From positions 16,492,001-16,556,000 of the forward strand of contig NC_043025.1 of the NCBI RefSeq assembly GCF_006345805.1: 64,000 nucleotides of DNA. Reading direction: 5' to 3'. The notes beneath the pieces are model-generated. The model was not told the origin of the DNA, ran no database searches, and was given only the letters and a program-made list of their open reading frames with translations. This DNA is from Octopus sinensis. Its lineage: Eukaryota. The position numbers and the translations under genes are program-made. Numbering within the stretch: position 1 is the stretch's first letter; each line of letters starts with the position of its first letter. Positions 38,001-47,845 of the stretch are shown here, in pieces.

Positions 38001-41000
38001 CTCCAAAAATGCCTCGTGATAGCAAAAGAGAATGGACACCATCCCGCCCAAAGTTTGGGGTGGGCGGCACCTGACAACCTGGGGTTGCTATGGCTTTGAG
38101 GTAGATCCAGCCACCCCTGTTAACGGGGACAAAACCTGGATTTAAAACACTAGATGATGATGTTCGTGTGTGTGTGTATATATAGGTATCTCTCTCTATA
38201 TAAACGGCAGTTCGTCTGTCTGCGTGTCTGTGTGTCTGTTAGGTTGTACCCTCACCCTGAACACGGCTTTCAACCGATTCTGATGAAACTTGACACACAC
38301 ATAGCCCAATGTCATAATTCAAAACTAACGCAGCGAAAATTTGGAAAAGTTCCCCCAGTTCTGAAAAAAATCAATAAATTCGACATAGGGTCGAGAATCA
38401 AACACAAACCACAGACTGTCTAGGGGACGCAACTCGGCCGTTTTAACTCTCAAAAATAAATTTACCATAATTTTTTTCCTATTTTTTGGCTATAACTCTC
38501 TAAAAATGCCTTATAGTTATTTCCCTTACAAACCCGAGCAACGCCGGGTGATACTGCTAGTGCTGAATAATTGGTCATCCGTTAGGTTCCAAGTTCACGG
38601 CTGAGGCTGGAGCTCAGTATCCGTAGTAAGCTTCCGAGTCAGCAGGTGTGTCTTAAAGGAAAAAGGACAACCAAGACCAGACGAGCGTCTCAGGTGATTT
38701 AATTAGAATAAAGGTGAATCAAAAAAGCATAAGTAATTACTTCTCTATTTTTGATTAATTTTTATTCTAATTATTCTAATTATTCTGAGATGCTCGTCCG
38801 GTCTTGGTTTTGTTCTTCTTTTTCCTTTAACATATATATTCTTTTATTCTTTTACGTGTTTCAGTCATTTCACTGCAGCCATGCTGGGGCACTGCCTTTA
38901 GTTGAACGAATCAACCCCAGGACTTACTCTTTGTAAGCCTTGTACTTATTCCATTGGCCTATTTTGCTGAACCACTAAGTTACAGGGAAATAACCACACC
39001 AATGATTGGGGGACAAACACAAACACACACAAACATATATATACATATATACGACAGGCTTCTTTCAGTTTCCGTCTACCTCATCCACTCACAAGGCTTT
39101 GGTCGACCTGAGGCTATAGTAGAAGACACTTGCCCAAGGTGCCATGCAGTAGGACTGAACCCAGAACCATGTGGTTGGGAAGCAAGCCTCTTACCACACA
39201 GCCACTCCTGCACCTATATATACAATATCTATATATATAAAACTGTAGTTGTGTGAGTGTCTGTCCCCTTCGATTTAGATTCCTAACTACTCCCACATTT
39301 TGCGGTGCAGTTTAACCAAAACCGGGTATCTTATAGTCGTGATTCATATCGAGCCCTTCTGGGTATTAGCGTGAGTCTACGATTTTAAAAATAATTTACC
39401 ATAATTTTTTTCCATTTTCATGCATATTTTTTTAAAGGGAAGTAACTCTCTAAAAATGTCTACGATGAGACAACGATTTAAAAAAAAATTTACCATCATA
39501 TTTTTTCCATTTTTAATGCATTTTTTTGCTATTTTTTGGCTATAACTCTCTAAAAATGCTGTATAGTTATTTCCCTTACAAACCCGAGCAACGCCGGGCG
39601 ATACTGCTAGTATATGTATAAAAATATATCTCGGTGGTCTGACAAATGCCAATGCATAAAACTCTCAGCGCGTAAGTGTCTGTGTATGCATGCAAGAGAA
39701 AGATGCACATACACTTGCGTCAGAAATTAATTAGCACTTCTCAAATTTCTACACTAAATAGGTTAAATCAATTAAGCTATGAGCTGTTCAAAACGTCTTA
39801 CGCGATGAGAAAACTTAGTATGGTGTGATTTCGGTCCTTGCGAGGCGCTACCTATATCTATTAAACAAAGGAAGATTTGTCTGCATCCGCACTCCAAGTT
39901 GTTGCACTGCTATGTCAACATCATAAGGCTGTAGACTCTCAAACTGCTCTGCAAACAAAGTTACGTCATCGTTCTGCGCAACAGTGAACTCGCAACAAAG
40001 CAATAGTTCGAGATATGGCCACTAGGTGACAGCACATACCTTTAGTGAAGAGCAAATCAAGGGTGCTAATTAATTTCTGACGGTAGTGTATGCAGACTCT
40101 GCAGGTACACACTAGCAATTATTCCTTTGTTAACCACCAATTTTGTATATATCTGTGTATGCAGAATGCACATTACGCTCCCTATTTGTCTTGTTTCAAG
40201 AATTCAATTGCAATCTTGAATTTTCTTCTTCCTCCTCAATTATATTTTTACTAAAGATTTCACCACCCACCCACCTACCTATGAAGGACTACTGTCGACT
40301 ATCTTCCTTCGTTTTGCTGAATCATACTTACATACACAGCCATCTCTGTATCATGCTCAACCTTCTCTGTGTTGCAATTTGTCAACCACAAGTTTTCCTT
40401 CCTCTAGTTGCAGACACCTTGTGTTGCCTTGAGAAACGTCCTCAAAATATACATTTTGCAAAGTTGATTTACTCTTTTACTCTTTTACTTGTTTCAGTCA
40501 TTTGACTGTGGCCATGCTGGAGCACCGCCTTTAGTCGAGCAAATCAACCCCGGGACTTATTCTTTGTAAGCCCAGTACTTATTCTAGCAGTCTCTTTTGC
40601 CGAACCGCTAAGTGACGGAGACGTAAACACACCAGCATCGGTTGTCAACCAATGCTAGGGGGACAAACACAGACACGCAAACACACACGTACATATATAT
40701 ATATATACATATATACGACAGGCTTCTTTCAGTTTCCGTCTACCAAATCCACTCACAAGGCTTTGGTCGGCCCGAGGCTATAGTAGAAGACACTTGCCCA
40801 AGATGCCATGCAGTGAGACTGAACCTGGAACCATGTGGTTGGTTAGCAAGCTACTTACCACACAGCCACTCCTGCACCTGGTATTTTCAGCTGGAAACTG
40901 TCTGCTTTTGATTCAGAAAAAGGCTACACTTGTTTTCTGAACACCTTCCCATTGTTTATTTACTTGCCACAAAATACAGAAGCCTTGAACTCAACCCAAC

Positions 41001-44000
41001 AGGCTTTCTCATCCAGATTCTGCTGTTTGCAATTTTCTTCCATTGTCACAACTAAAGGGTTACTTGATCCAGCCTCTCATGCCCACCCTAAAGGGTCGCT
41101 TGATCCAGCCTCTCATGCCTACCCTAAAGGGTTGCTTGATCCAGCTTCATGCCTACCCTAAAGGGTCGCTTGATCCAGCCTCTCATGCCTACCCTAAAGG
41201 GTTGCTTGATCCAGCTTCATGCCTACCCTAAAGGGTCGCTTGATCCAGCCTCTCATGCCCACCCTAAAGGGTCGCTTGATCCAGCCTCTCATGCCTACCC
41301 TAAAGGGTTGCTTGATCCAGCTTCATGCCTACCCTAAAGGGTCGCTTGATCCAGCCTCTCATGCCTACCCTAAAGGGTCGCTTGATCCAGCCTCTCATGC
41401 CCACCCTAAAGGGTCGCTTGATCCAGCCTCTGATGCCCACCCTAAAGGGTCGCTTGATCCAGCCTCTCATGCCTACCCTAAAGGGCCGCTTGATCCAGCC
41501 TCTCATGCCCACCCTAAAGGGTCGCTTGATCCAGCCTCTCATGCCCACCCTAAAGGGTCACTTGATCCAGCCCTCATGCTCACCCTAAAGGGTTGCTTGA
41601 TCCAGCCTCTCATGCCCACCCTAAAGGGTCGCTTGATCCAGCCTCTCATGCCCACCCTAAAGGGTCGCTTGATCCAGCCTCTGATGCCCACCCTAAAGGG
41701 TCGCTTGATCCAGCCTCTGATGCCCACCCTAAAGGGCGCTTGATCCAGCCTCTCATGCCCACCCTAAAGGGTCGCTTGATCCAGCCTCTCATGCCCACCC
41801 TAAAGGGTCGCTTGATCCAGCCTCTGATGCCCACCCTAAAGGGTCGCTTGATCCAGCCTCTGATGCCCACCCTAAAGGGCCGCTTGATCCAGCCTCTCAT
41901 GCCCACCCTAAAGGGTCGCTTGATCCAGCCTCTCATGCCCACCCTAAAGGGTCACTTGATCCAGCCCTCATGCTCACCCTAAAGGGTTGCTTGATCCAGC
42001 CTCATGCCCACCCTAAAGGGTCGCTTGATCCAGCCTCATGCCTACCCTAAAGGGTTGCTTGATCCAGCCTCATGCCCACCCTAAAGGGTTGCTTGATCCA
42101 GCCTCATGCCCACCCTAAAGGGTCGCTTGATCCAGCCTCATGCCTACCCTAAAGGGTCATTCTAAAAATGCAACAATCACATCGTTCTACCCTCAGAACT
42201 ACAAAGTAATGCCTAATTAATGTAAAAGTGGGAATAAATAGGGATTACATTTGACAGAGTAATCTGAATGCTAAAGGATTAAAGGATTGTAATTTAGGCC
42301 ACCATAATAACTTGTCAAGGGACGTCAGTCAAGATTTTCCTGCTTCCTCTACATGAACATGTGACTGGACATGTGACTGGCTGCCAGCACCCACCATTGA
42401 AAGGGACATCACTCATATTTCTTGTGGTTTTTAACAGCAAATCCATAAAGAGACGTTACCTCTGGACAGATATGGTGGCCCATATGGCCTGTGTAGAGCT
42501 ATTCTAATTAAAGCGTTCCTCAGTTGCATATACAGAATTTTTTATACATATTTCTTCATATCTATATATATAAAACTGTAGTTGTGTGAGTGTCTGTCCC
42601 CTTCGATTTAGATTCCTAACTACTCCCACATTTTGCGGTGCAGTTTAACCGAATTCGGGTATCTTATAGTCGTGATTCATATCGAGCCCGTCTGAGTATT
42701 AGCGCGCGTCTACGATGAGTCTACGATTTTAAAAATAATTTAACATAATTTTTTATTCCATTTTAATGCAGAATCTATATATATAAAACTGTAGTTGTGT
42801 GAGTGTCTGTCCCCTTCGATTTAGATTCCTAACTACTCCCACATTTTGCGGTGCAGTTTAACCAAACTCGGGTATCTTATAGTCGTGATTCATATCGAGC
42901 CCGTCTGGCTATTAGCGCGCGTCTACGATGAGTCTACGATTTTAAAAATAATTTAACATCATTTTTTATTCCATTTTAATGCATAATCTATATATATAAA
43001 ACTGTAGTTGTGTGAGTGTCTGTCCCCTTCGATTTAGATTCCTAACTACTCCCACATTTTGCGGTGCAGTTTAACCAAATTCGGGTATCTTATAGCCGTG
43101 ATTGATATCGAGCCCGTCTGAGTATTAGCGCGCATCTACGATGAGTCTACGATTTTAAAAATAATTTAACATCATTTTTTATTCCATTTTAATGCATAAT
43201 CTATATATATAAAACTGTAGTTGTGTGAGTGTCTGTCCCCTTCGATTTAGATTCCTAACTACTCCCATATTTTGCGGTGCAGTTTAACCGAATTCGGGTA
43301 TCTTATAGTCGTGATTCATATCGAGCCCGTCTGGCTATTAGCGCGCGTCTACGATGAGTCTACGATTTTAAAAATAATTTAACATCATTTTTTATTCCAT
43401 TTTAATGCATAATCTATATATATATAAAACTGTAGTTGTGTGAGTGTCTGTCCCCTTCGATTTAGATTCCTAACTACTCCCACATTTTGCGGTGCAGTTT
43501 AACCAAGTTCGGGTATCTTATAGTCGTGATTCATATCGAGCCCGTCTGGCTATTAGCGCGCGTCTACGATGAGTCTACGATTTTAAAAATAATTTAACAT
43601 CATTTTTTATTCCATTTTAATGCATAATTTTTCGTGTGTCGATGGCGGCGGAGTTGGCGTCCATGGTCACAGCTGCACCTGTTTGCTTCTCCCCCTTCTT
43701 CCCTCCCTCGTGAAGCTGTGGGGAAGGGAGTGTAAGGAAATCAACGTCGTAATGCGTTGTCAAGGAGACCAGCGTTCTTTTAGAACAACGACTTCATGGC
43801 TTGAAGACACCAAAACAGAAATGGCTAAGAAGGCCCGAATTGGCATCTATGAAGGAAGTAACTCTCTAAAAAGGCTTATATAGTTATTTCCCTTACAAAC
43901 CCGAGCAACGCCGGGCGATACTGCTAGTTATTTATATATTTTTTTAATGCCCACCTTTTATTGTGTGTTTATATCACGCTGCATTGACCAGCGATCCCTA

Positions 44001-46818
44001 ACCCTTTTATTTAAATGAGTTTTTCCCACAGACCCCTTTTAATATGCTTATCCTTATGTGTATGTATATGTATGTATGAATGAATGAAATTTTGAATTTA
44101 GTTCACGGATCCGCAGGGGTCTGCAGTACCCCAGGCAGGGAACCTCTGGTCTCGACCATCAAATGCTGTTATACCCCACTGGCCACAATGCGTTTCCAGT
44201 TCTCTCTTGACTGCTCCGTTCTTTACCATCTTCAGCCAAATTGCTTCACTGATTCATCTTCTCATCAATGCTGTTTATACAGGGGTGGCTGTGTGGTAAG
44301 AAGCATGATTCTCAACACCATGGTCCTGGGTTCAGTCTCACTGCATGACACGTTGGACAAGTGTCTTCTACTATAGCCTTGGGACAACCAAAGCCTTCTG
44401 AGTGGATATGATAGGTGGAAACTGAAAGAAGCCTGTCATATATAGAAGGTGGTGGTCCAGCATGTCTACAGTCAAAAATGACTGAAACAAGTAAAAGAAT
44501 ATATATATGAGTCCTCATAAAAAGCACCCACTACACTCTCAGGGTGGTTGGCGTTAGGAAGGGCAACAATCTGTAGAAACACTGCCAGATCAGATTGGAG
44601 CCTGGTGCAGCCTCCTGGCTTGCCAGACCCCGGTCGAACCGTTCAGCCCATGCCAGCATGGAAAACGGTTGTTAAACGATGATGATGATGTGTGTGTGTG
44701 TGTCTTTCTATTTGTCTTTTTCCTCCGCCATCTCTTGACAACCAGTGTTGGTGTGTTGCCTCCCCATAACTTAGCAGTTCAGCAGAAGAGACAGACAGAA
44801 TAAGTATCAAGTTTAAAAAGGAAAAGGCCTGGGGTTGGTTCCTTTGACTGAAAGTTCTTCAAAGTGGTTCTTATTCTGTCAGTCGCTTCTGATGAGCCGC
44901 TAAGTTATGGGGTCATAAACACATGGTCACACGATGGGCTTCTTTCAGTTTTCATCTGCCAGATCCACTCACAAGGCTTTGATTAGCCGGGGACTACAGT
45001 AGAAGGCCTTGCCCAAGGTGTCACACAGTGGGATGGTACTAGGACATCAATGGACAGTCAGTATCCCTCAGGATATTCTTTCTTTATAACAAAAATGTGA
45101 AATTTTATAAAGATGATTTTAAATATTATTACGTTTATATATTTGTTGTGCAAGATTTTTTATGTGAAGTCTTGTGTTGAAACAGATATTGTTGTATTTT
45201 GGAATGGTCATTTTGCCAGTTTAGCCAATAAAAACACACGCACTATATATTTGGTGTTACTTTGCTTCAGCGTTATTTGTTTTTTACATTAATCTTAATC
45301 TTATTTTGGCCAGAGTGTGACGAAAGAACTCTGGCCGAAATAAGATTAAGATTAATGTAAAAAATAAGTAACACCAAATATATAGTGCGTGTGTTTTTAT
45401 TGGCTAAACTGGCAAAATGACCATTCCGAAATACAACAATATTTTAAATATTTATTACTTGATATGTTTGTGTAAAATTTATCCTCTGGGGATTTTGTCC
45501 TGATACCAGTGGGACTGAACCCAGAACCAAGTGGTTGGGAAGCAAGCTTTTTCTTTACCACACAGCCACATCTTCACCTAAACTGGAAATGTGAGGGTGT
45601 GTATGCTCACACACACACACTGTTTTCTTTGTTGTTTTATTTCAAAATTGTTTGTTTTCTGTCTGCAGACAAGAACAAGGCTGTCATGGTTTCAAATGAA
45701 GATAAAGAGGAAGAAGAAATGAAGCAGTGTGTAAGTAGCATATCATGTTATGGATGGATGGTCATGTTTGGAAAGCTTGTAATTTTGTAGTGGTGACTGT
45801 GAGGTGGTGGTGATGGTTGGCGATCATCAGCATTGTGGTTGATTTCCATGACTTGCTAAGATCAGAAAGGTCACCACAGATGACCTCGTCTCATCTTCAT
45901 GAAACAACTGCAGAGAGGAGACACAATGATGAGTGAATGTCTGAAGAGGATTTTGTCGTTGTGGAACAGAGGTTGGGGTCATTACAGGAAAGAGGTCACA
46001 CGTGTCAGGTTGGTGTCATGTTTGGAGATAACCCGATGAGGCTTTCAAAGATGTGTCTGCTTTATGTGTAATACACAAATTGTAGTTTTGAACTAATACA
46101 AATTTTTATTCAGTGTACAGGTTAATAGTCACATCAGCGATTGTTTGTGTTTTATCAGTCTAAGCATGATGTTGCCAGTGAACACTTGCTACTGACGAAG
46201 CCCAAAGACGCAGAAATACACATTTAGCAATGCAACTGTCTATTTCCTTTTGCTGCTGCTGATATATTTCTGTATATGCTGTCTCTGGCCTGAAACACAA
46301 GAAACTTTAATTCATCCCATTGGTTAATTGCAATACCAATGATTTTCTTTTCTTTTCTTTGTTTTTTTTTCAGTCACTGTTTTAATAAATCATTAGTGGC
46401 TAAATTTGTGTGAGGCTGCTAATCGTTAACGTGCGTAAGCTTGCTGCTGATGAAGTTCAAACGAGCAGAAATGCATATTTAAGAATGCAGCCTCTGTTGC
46501 TGCTGGATGATTTTTGCCTTGTTATTGACATGTTTCTTCATTTTTTAACACAATACATCTATTAGAGATGTTTTCTTGAGACAAACACTGTAGATAATTA
46601 GGCTTTCAACAATGTATATACTTTAAGTATGATAAGCAGGTTGCTATTTTGAACTAATACTGCTTGTGCTGTTCATAATGAATTTTTTTAAAAAATGCAT
46701 TGTCATGGATGAATTAATTAATATTCTTCTTTCCATTCTCTTGCAGGATGAAGAACCATCTATAGGAAAGGGTCAACCCAAAAGCAAAAAACTAAAAAGC
46801 TCCAATTCTGGGAAATGA
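8821..46818 (+). CDS. NOP9: Nucleolar protein 9 orthologue, 11 coding exons, 682 aa: join(8821..8962,14017..14559,19767..19868,20784..20952,23801..23990,30911..31039,33430..33549,36020..36283,37686..37941,45669..45730,46747..46818)
   Basis: All junctions are GT-AG with matching phases (1,1,1,2,0,0,0,0,1,0). Exon lengths sum to 2049 nt with no internal stop. The peptides follow NOP9 motifs as recalled, in the right order: [109 protein letters not shown]. Confidence 0.92.
8975..9140 (+). repeat. Compound (CTT)n / TTTTTTCCTTTAT polypyrimidine repeat at the start of intron 1
   Basis: Direct reading. Confidence 0.95.
9263..9476. mobile_element. TIR-bounded non-autonomous element (related copy 12286-12565)
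   Basis: tactacttaagaagagtggtcccggtgcgcgcactcgc versus the reverse complement of the right end: 36/38 match. The 12.3 kb copy has about 65-bp TIRs beginning GGTCCC. Confidence 0.75.
9829..10004. mobile_element. Small MITE-like element
   Basis: cgatctttcggt.caagta..taactgccagtta is inverted at both ends. Confidence 0.6.
10148..10417. mobile_element. Small MITE-like element
   Basis: ggcattc.ttcg.tataactcgaca...cttcgggtatttccgtgg is inverted at both ends. Confidence 0.6.
10454..10860 (+). mobile_element. Dominant tRNA-headed SINE, full length (about 400 bp)
   Basis: Head ggcgcgggagtggctgtgtggtaag...gggttcagtcc, central (TA/TG)n, tail (gtaaaaga)n. Other near-full copies: 15292-15695(-), 20235-20610(-), 22055-22440(+), 37085-37487(-), 40480-40878(-), 48846-49250(+). 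Confidence 0.88.
14017..14559 (+). CDS. NOP9: NOP9 exon 2
   Basis: Acceptor ttttAG at 14015-16; [25 protein letters not shown]...GQKFQK; donor GTAAAT at 14560. Confidence 0.92.
16173..16536 (+). mobile_element. Non-autonomous Helitron, family H1
   Basis: A|TC 5' end; subterminal hairpin cccgagcaacgccggg; CTAG|T 3' end. Confidence 0.85.
16829..17224. mobile_element. Degenerate TIR element (hAT-like?) with internal 36-bp tandem
   Basis: tgggcacc...ttaatcg versus cgattaa...ggtgccca; aaagttatcttcgttaacc occurs three times. Confidence 0.45.
17232..17962 (+). mobile_element. Internally deleted mariner transposon
   Basis: TA-flanked TIRs aaatg(t/a)ggtctgatcaa..taagtatcc; peptide [17 protein letters not shown]...[23 protein letters not shown]...[10 protein letters not shown]. 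Confidence 0.9.
19561..19638 (+). pseudogene. Intronic duplicate of the 3' part of NOP9 exon 4
   Basis: 75/78 identical to 20873-20950. Confidence 0.92.
19767..19868 (+). CDS. NOP9: NOP9 exon 3
   Basis: tttcAG acceptor; [34 protein letters not shown]; GTAAGT donor; 102 nt, phase 1/1. Confidence 0.85.
20784..20952 (+). CDS. NOP9: NOP9 exon 4
   Basis: Polypyrimidine tract plus cAG; [56 protein letters not shown]; GTAAGC donor. Confidence 0.88.
21111..21680 (+). mobile_element. SINE (ggcggcgagctggcag family) interrupted by an RTE 3'-UTR insertion at about 21285-21630
   Basis: The SINE stops at ttaatcc and resumes at tttgtcctctctgtgtttagcccc after a (GAT)n tail. Uninterrupted copies at about 31303-31525(+) and 53415-53645(-). 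Confidence 0.8.
22435..22633. mobile_element. Mariner-derived MITE
   Basis: aaagttcctggcttt (22449-63) and aaagccaggaacttt (22601-15) form an inverted pair. Confidence 0.65.
23801..23990 (+). CDS. NOP9: NOP9 exon 5
   Basis: ttgcAG acceptor; [19 protein letters not shown]...[18 protein letters not shown]; GTGAGT donor. Confidence 0.9.
24133..24351. mobile_element. piggyBac-like MITE nested in a SINE
   Basis: TTAA|CCCTTTAG ... CTAAAGGG|TTAA. Confidence 0.8.
24903..25790 (-). mobile_element. Decayed RTE LINE 3' fragment
   Basis: [16 protein letters not shown]...[20 protein letters not shown]; (CAT)n tail at about 24903. Confidence 0.8.
25817..26704. repeat. 148-bp tandem repeat, 6 copies
   Basis: Period 148 (25817, 25965, ...); near-identical units. 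Confidence 0.95.
28590..29015 (+). mobile_element. Chimeric Helitron: H1-like 5' part with a different 3' end
   Basis: H1 sequence to about 28770, then unrelated DNA, hairpin cccgggcaacgccagg and CTAG|T. Confidence 0.7.
29625..30383. repeat. 33-bp minisatellite, about 23 copies
   Basis: Unit gggagttca(g/c)tggttcaacatggcaaatgatta. Confidence 0.95.
30911..31039 (+). CDS. NOP9: NOP9 exon 6
   Basis: ttgcAG acceptor; [43 protein letters not shown]; GTGAGT donor. Confidence 0.9.
32530..32757. repeat. Fold-back palindrome, 106-bp arms with 16-nt loop
   Basis: 32530-32635 versus 32652-32757, 2 mismatches. Confidence 0.95.
32941..33324 (+). mobile_element. Non-autonomous Helitron H1 (another copy at 38189-38560)
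   Basis: A|TC ... hairpin ... CTAG|T. Confidence 0.85.
33430..33549 (+). CDS. NOP9: NOP9 exon 7
   Basis: ctttgacAG acceptor; [40 protein letters not shown]; GTAAGT donor. Confidence 0.9.
34112..34489. repeat. 63-bp tandem repeat, 6 copies
   Basis: Period 63 (34112, 34175, ...). Confidence 0.95.
35138..35612 (+). mobile_element. RTE 3'-UTR-type insertion with 5 tandem ~60-bp modules and (GAT)n tail
   Basis: Period 60-61; tail acggacgctaaacgatgatgatg. Confidence 0.85.
36020..36283 (+). CDS. NOP9: NOP9 exon 8
   Basis: ttttcAG acceptor; ...[29 protein letters not shown]...[18 protein letters not shown]...; GTGAGT donor. Confidence 0.9.
37686..37941 (+). CDS. NOP9: NOP9 exon 9
   Basis: ttAG acceptor; [20 protein letters not shown]...[14 protein letters not shown]...[10 protein letters not shown]; GTAAGT donor. 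Confidence 0.9.
38657..38826. mobile_element. TTAA-flanked MITE (Kolobok-like RR..YY ends)
   Basis: TTAA|AGGAAAA...accaagaccagacgagcgtctcag versus ctgagatgctcgtccggtcttggtt...TTTTCCT|TTAA. Confidence 0.65.
39228..39610 (+). mobile_element. Non-autonomous Helitron, family H2
   Basis: A|TCTATATATATAAAACTG 5' end; same hairpin and CTAG|T 3' end as H1. Confidence 0.85.
39712..40088. mobile_element. Tc1-like MITE
   Basis: TA|cact(tg/ac)cgtcagaaattaattagcac 26-bp TIRs with TA flanks. Confidence 0.8.
41052..42159. repeat. 36-bp (variants 34-35 bp) minisatellite, about 31 copies
   Basis: Unit aaagggtcgcttgatccagcctctcatgcccaccct. Confidence 0.95.
42561..43927 (+). mobile_element. Helitron H2 with five tandem 213-bp 5' heads and a single 3' end
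   Basis: TC-starting units at 42561, 42774, 42987, 43200 and 43413; hairpin plus CTAG|T at 43927. Confidence 0.88.
45186..45442. repeat. Fold-back palindrome, about 115-bp paired arms with 11-nt loop
   Basis: 45186-45316 versus 45328-45442; net 16-nt indel and 2 substitutions. Confidence 0.92.
45669..45730 (+). CDS. NOP9: NOP9 exon 10 (acidic tail)
   Basis: Strong pyrimidine tract plus ctgcAG; [21 protein letters not shown]; GTAAGT donor; phase matches exon 9. No homology support. Confidence 0.65.
46186..46230 (+). ncRNA. Minimal type-I hammerhead-like motif in NOP9 intron 10
   Basis: ttgcta/tagcaa stem I; CUGACGA; weak stem II; GAAAU-acac-AUU. Confidence 0.4.
46747..46818 (+). CDS. NOP9: NOP9 exon 11 (terminal coding part)
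   Basis: ctttccattctcttgcAG acceptor; [23 protein letters not shown]-stop; AATAAA follows. Confidence 0.65.
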   Translation, partial: DEEPSIGKGQPKSKKLKSSNSGK

Positions 46819-46885
46819 AATTAAAACAAAAATTCTCATCTTGAATTAAATTTATATTTTTAATTAAAATTGTTTTTCTCTGATT

Positions 46886-46891
46886 AATAAA
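46886..46891 (+). terminator. Candidate polyadenylation signal of NOP9 (second AATAAA at 46968-46973)
   Basis: AATAAA about 70 nt after the stop codon, in AT-rich sequence. Confidence 0.5.
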
Positions 46892-47845
46892 TTTTAAGAG
46901 AAAAATATTTCTGAAAAAGGAACCTTGCAGAGGAAATGACAGAGGATTGAGAAAACCTTTTCATATAAATAAAACCAAGGCCCCAAAGGCAATCTATGTC
47001 TGTATCCCTGCACACAATCTGCCCCTGGCAACAAGCCTCACCCCAACAACTCATCAACACCTCACCCTCCACTCTTTGAATTTCCCTCCCCTCTAACTCC
47101 CGAGTCCCCTTTACATTCTCATGAACCTACTCCTTCATGCAATATGTCCCTGATGAATCCCCCCCCCACTCAACATATCTTTCTCGTAACCCCTTCCTCT
47201 CCCCGTATACATTCACTGCATTCCTTTCCTCCATTCCAGATCCCCCTCGCTTTACCCTTTCCTCTCTAAATGGGTTGCCATGTATCTCTTCTGCTCCCGT
47301 CCCTCTCTTCATCCTCTAACCCCTCCCTCCCCCCCCATCACTTGGCACCAGACTACTCTGTTGAGGGGGAGGTCTTGTCTTGCAAGCTCCTTGCTGGTTC
47401 GTTGGTGCCGGTGCCATGTAAAACGCCTCTAGTACCCCCTGTCCCTGTGTAGTGGCTGGCTTTAGGAAGGACGTCCAAGCATTGAAGCCATGTCAAAGAT
47501 TGCAGAGCTAGGTGCAGTTGCAAGCGCCTGCCAAACCATCCGATTTCTACGTCTCATGGAAGGCAGATATGAGACTTCTCTCTTTGCGGCTGGGCATTCC
47601 AGTGGACATGGTAAGCAGCATCCTAGGGATTTCCATGAAGTCAGTTCTCAAAATGAGGAGGGAACTAGGCTACAGGAAGTCTCTGATGCAAACGACATGA
47701 TGATCTGCAAGACTAACTACAGCAAATCAACCGGTCACTCATTCTGGTGGCCACACAAGCCAGATCGACCATGTTCTCACCAGAAAAGCAGGATATACTT
47801 TTGTTCTTAAATGGAAGGTCTTTCCTGGTGAAGAATGTACTCCTC

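Noticed and set aside
29537-42159. Repeat-peptide ORFs at 29.5-30.4, 34.0-34.6 and 41.0-42.0 kb
   Set aside because: Minisatellite translations with periods divisible by 3; intronic, with no splice or start context
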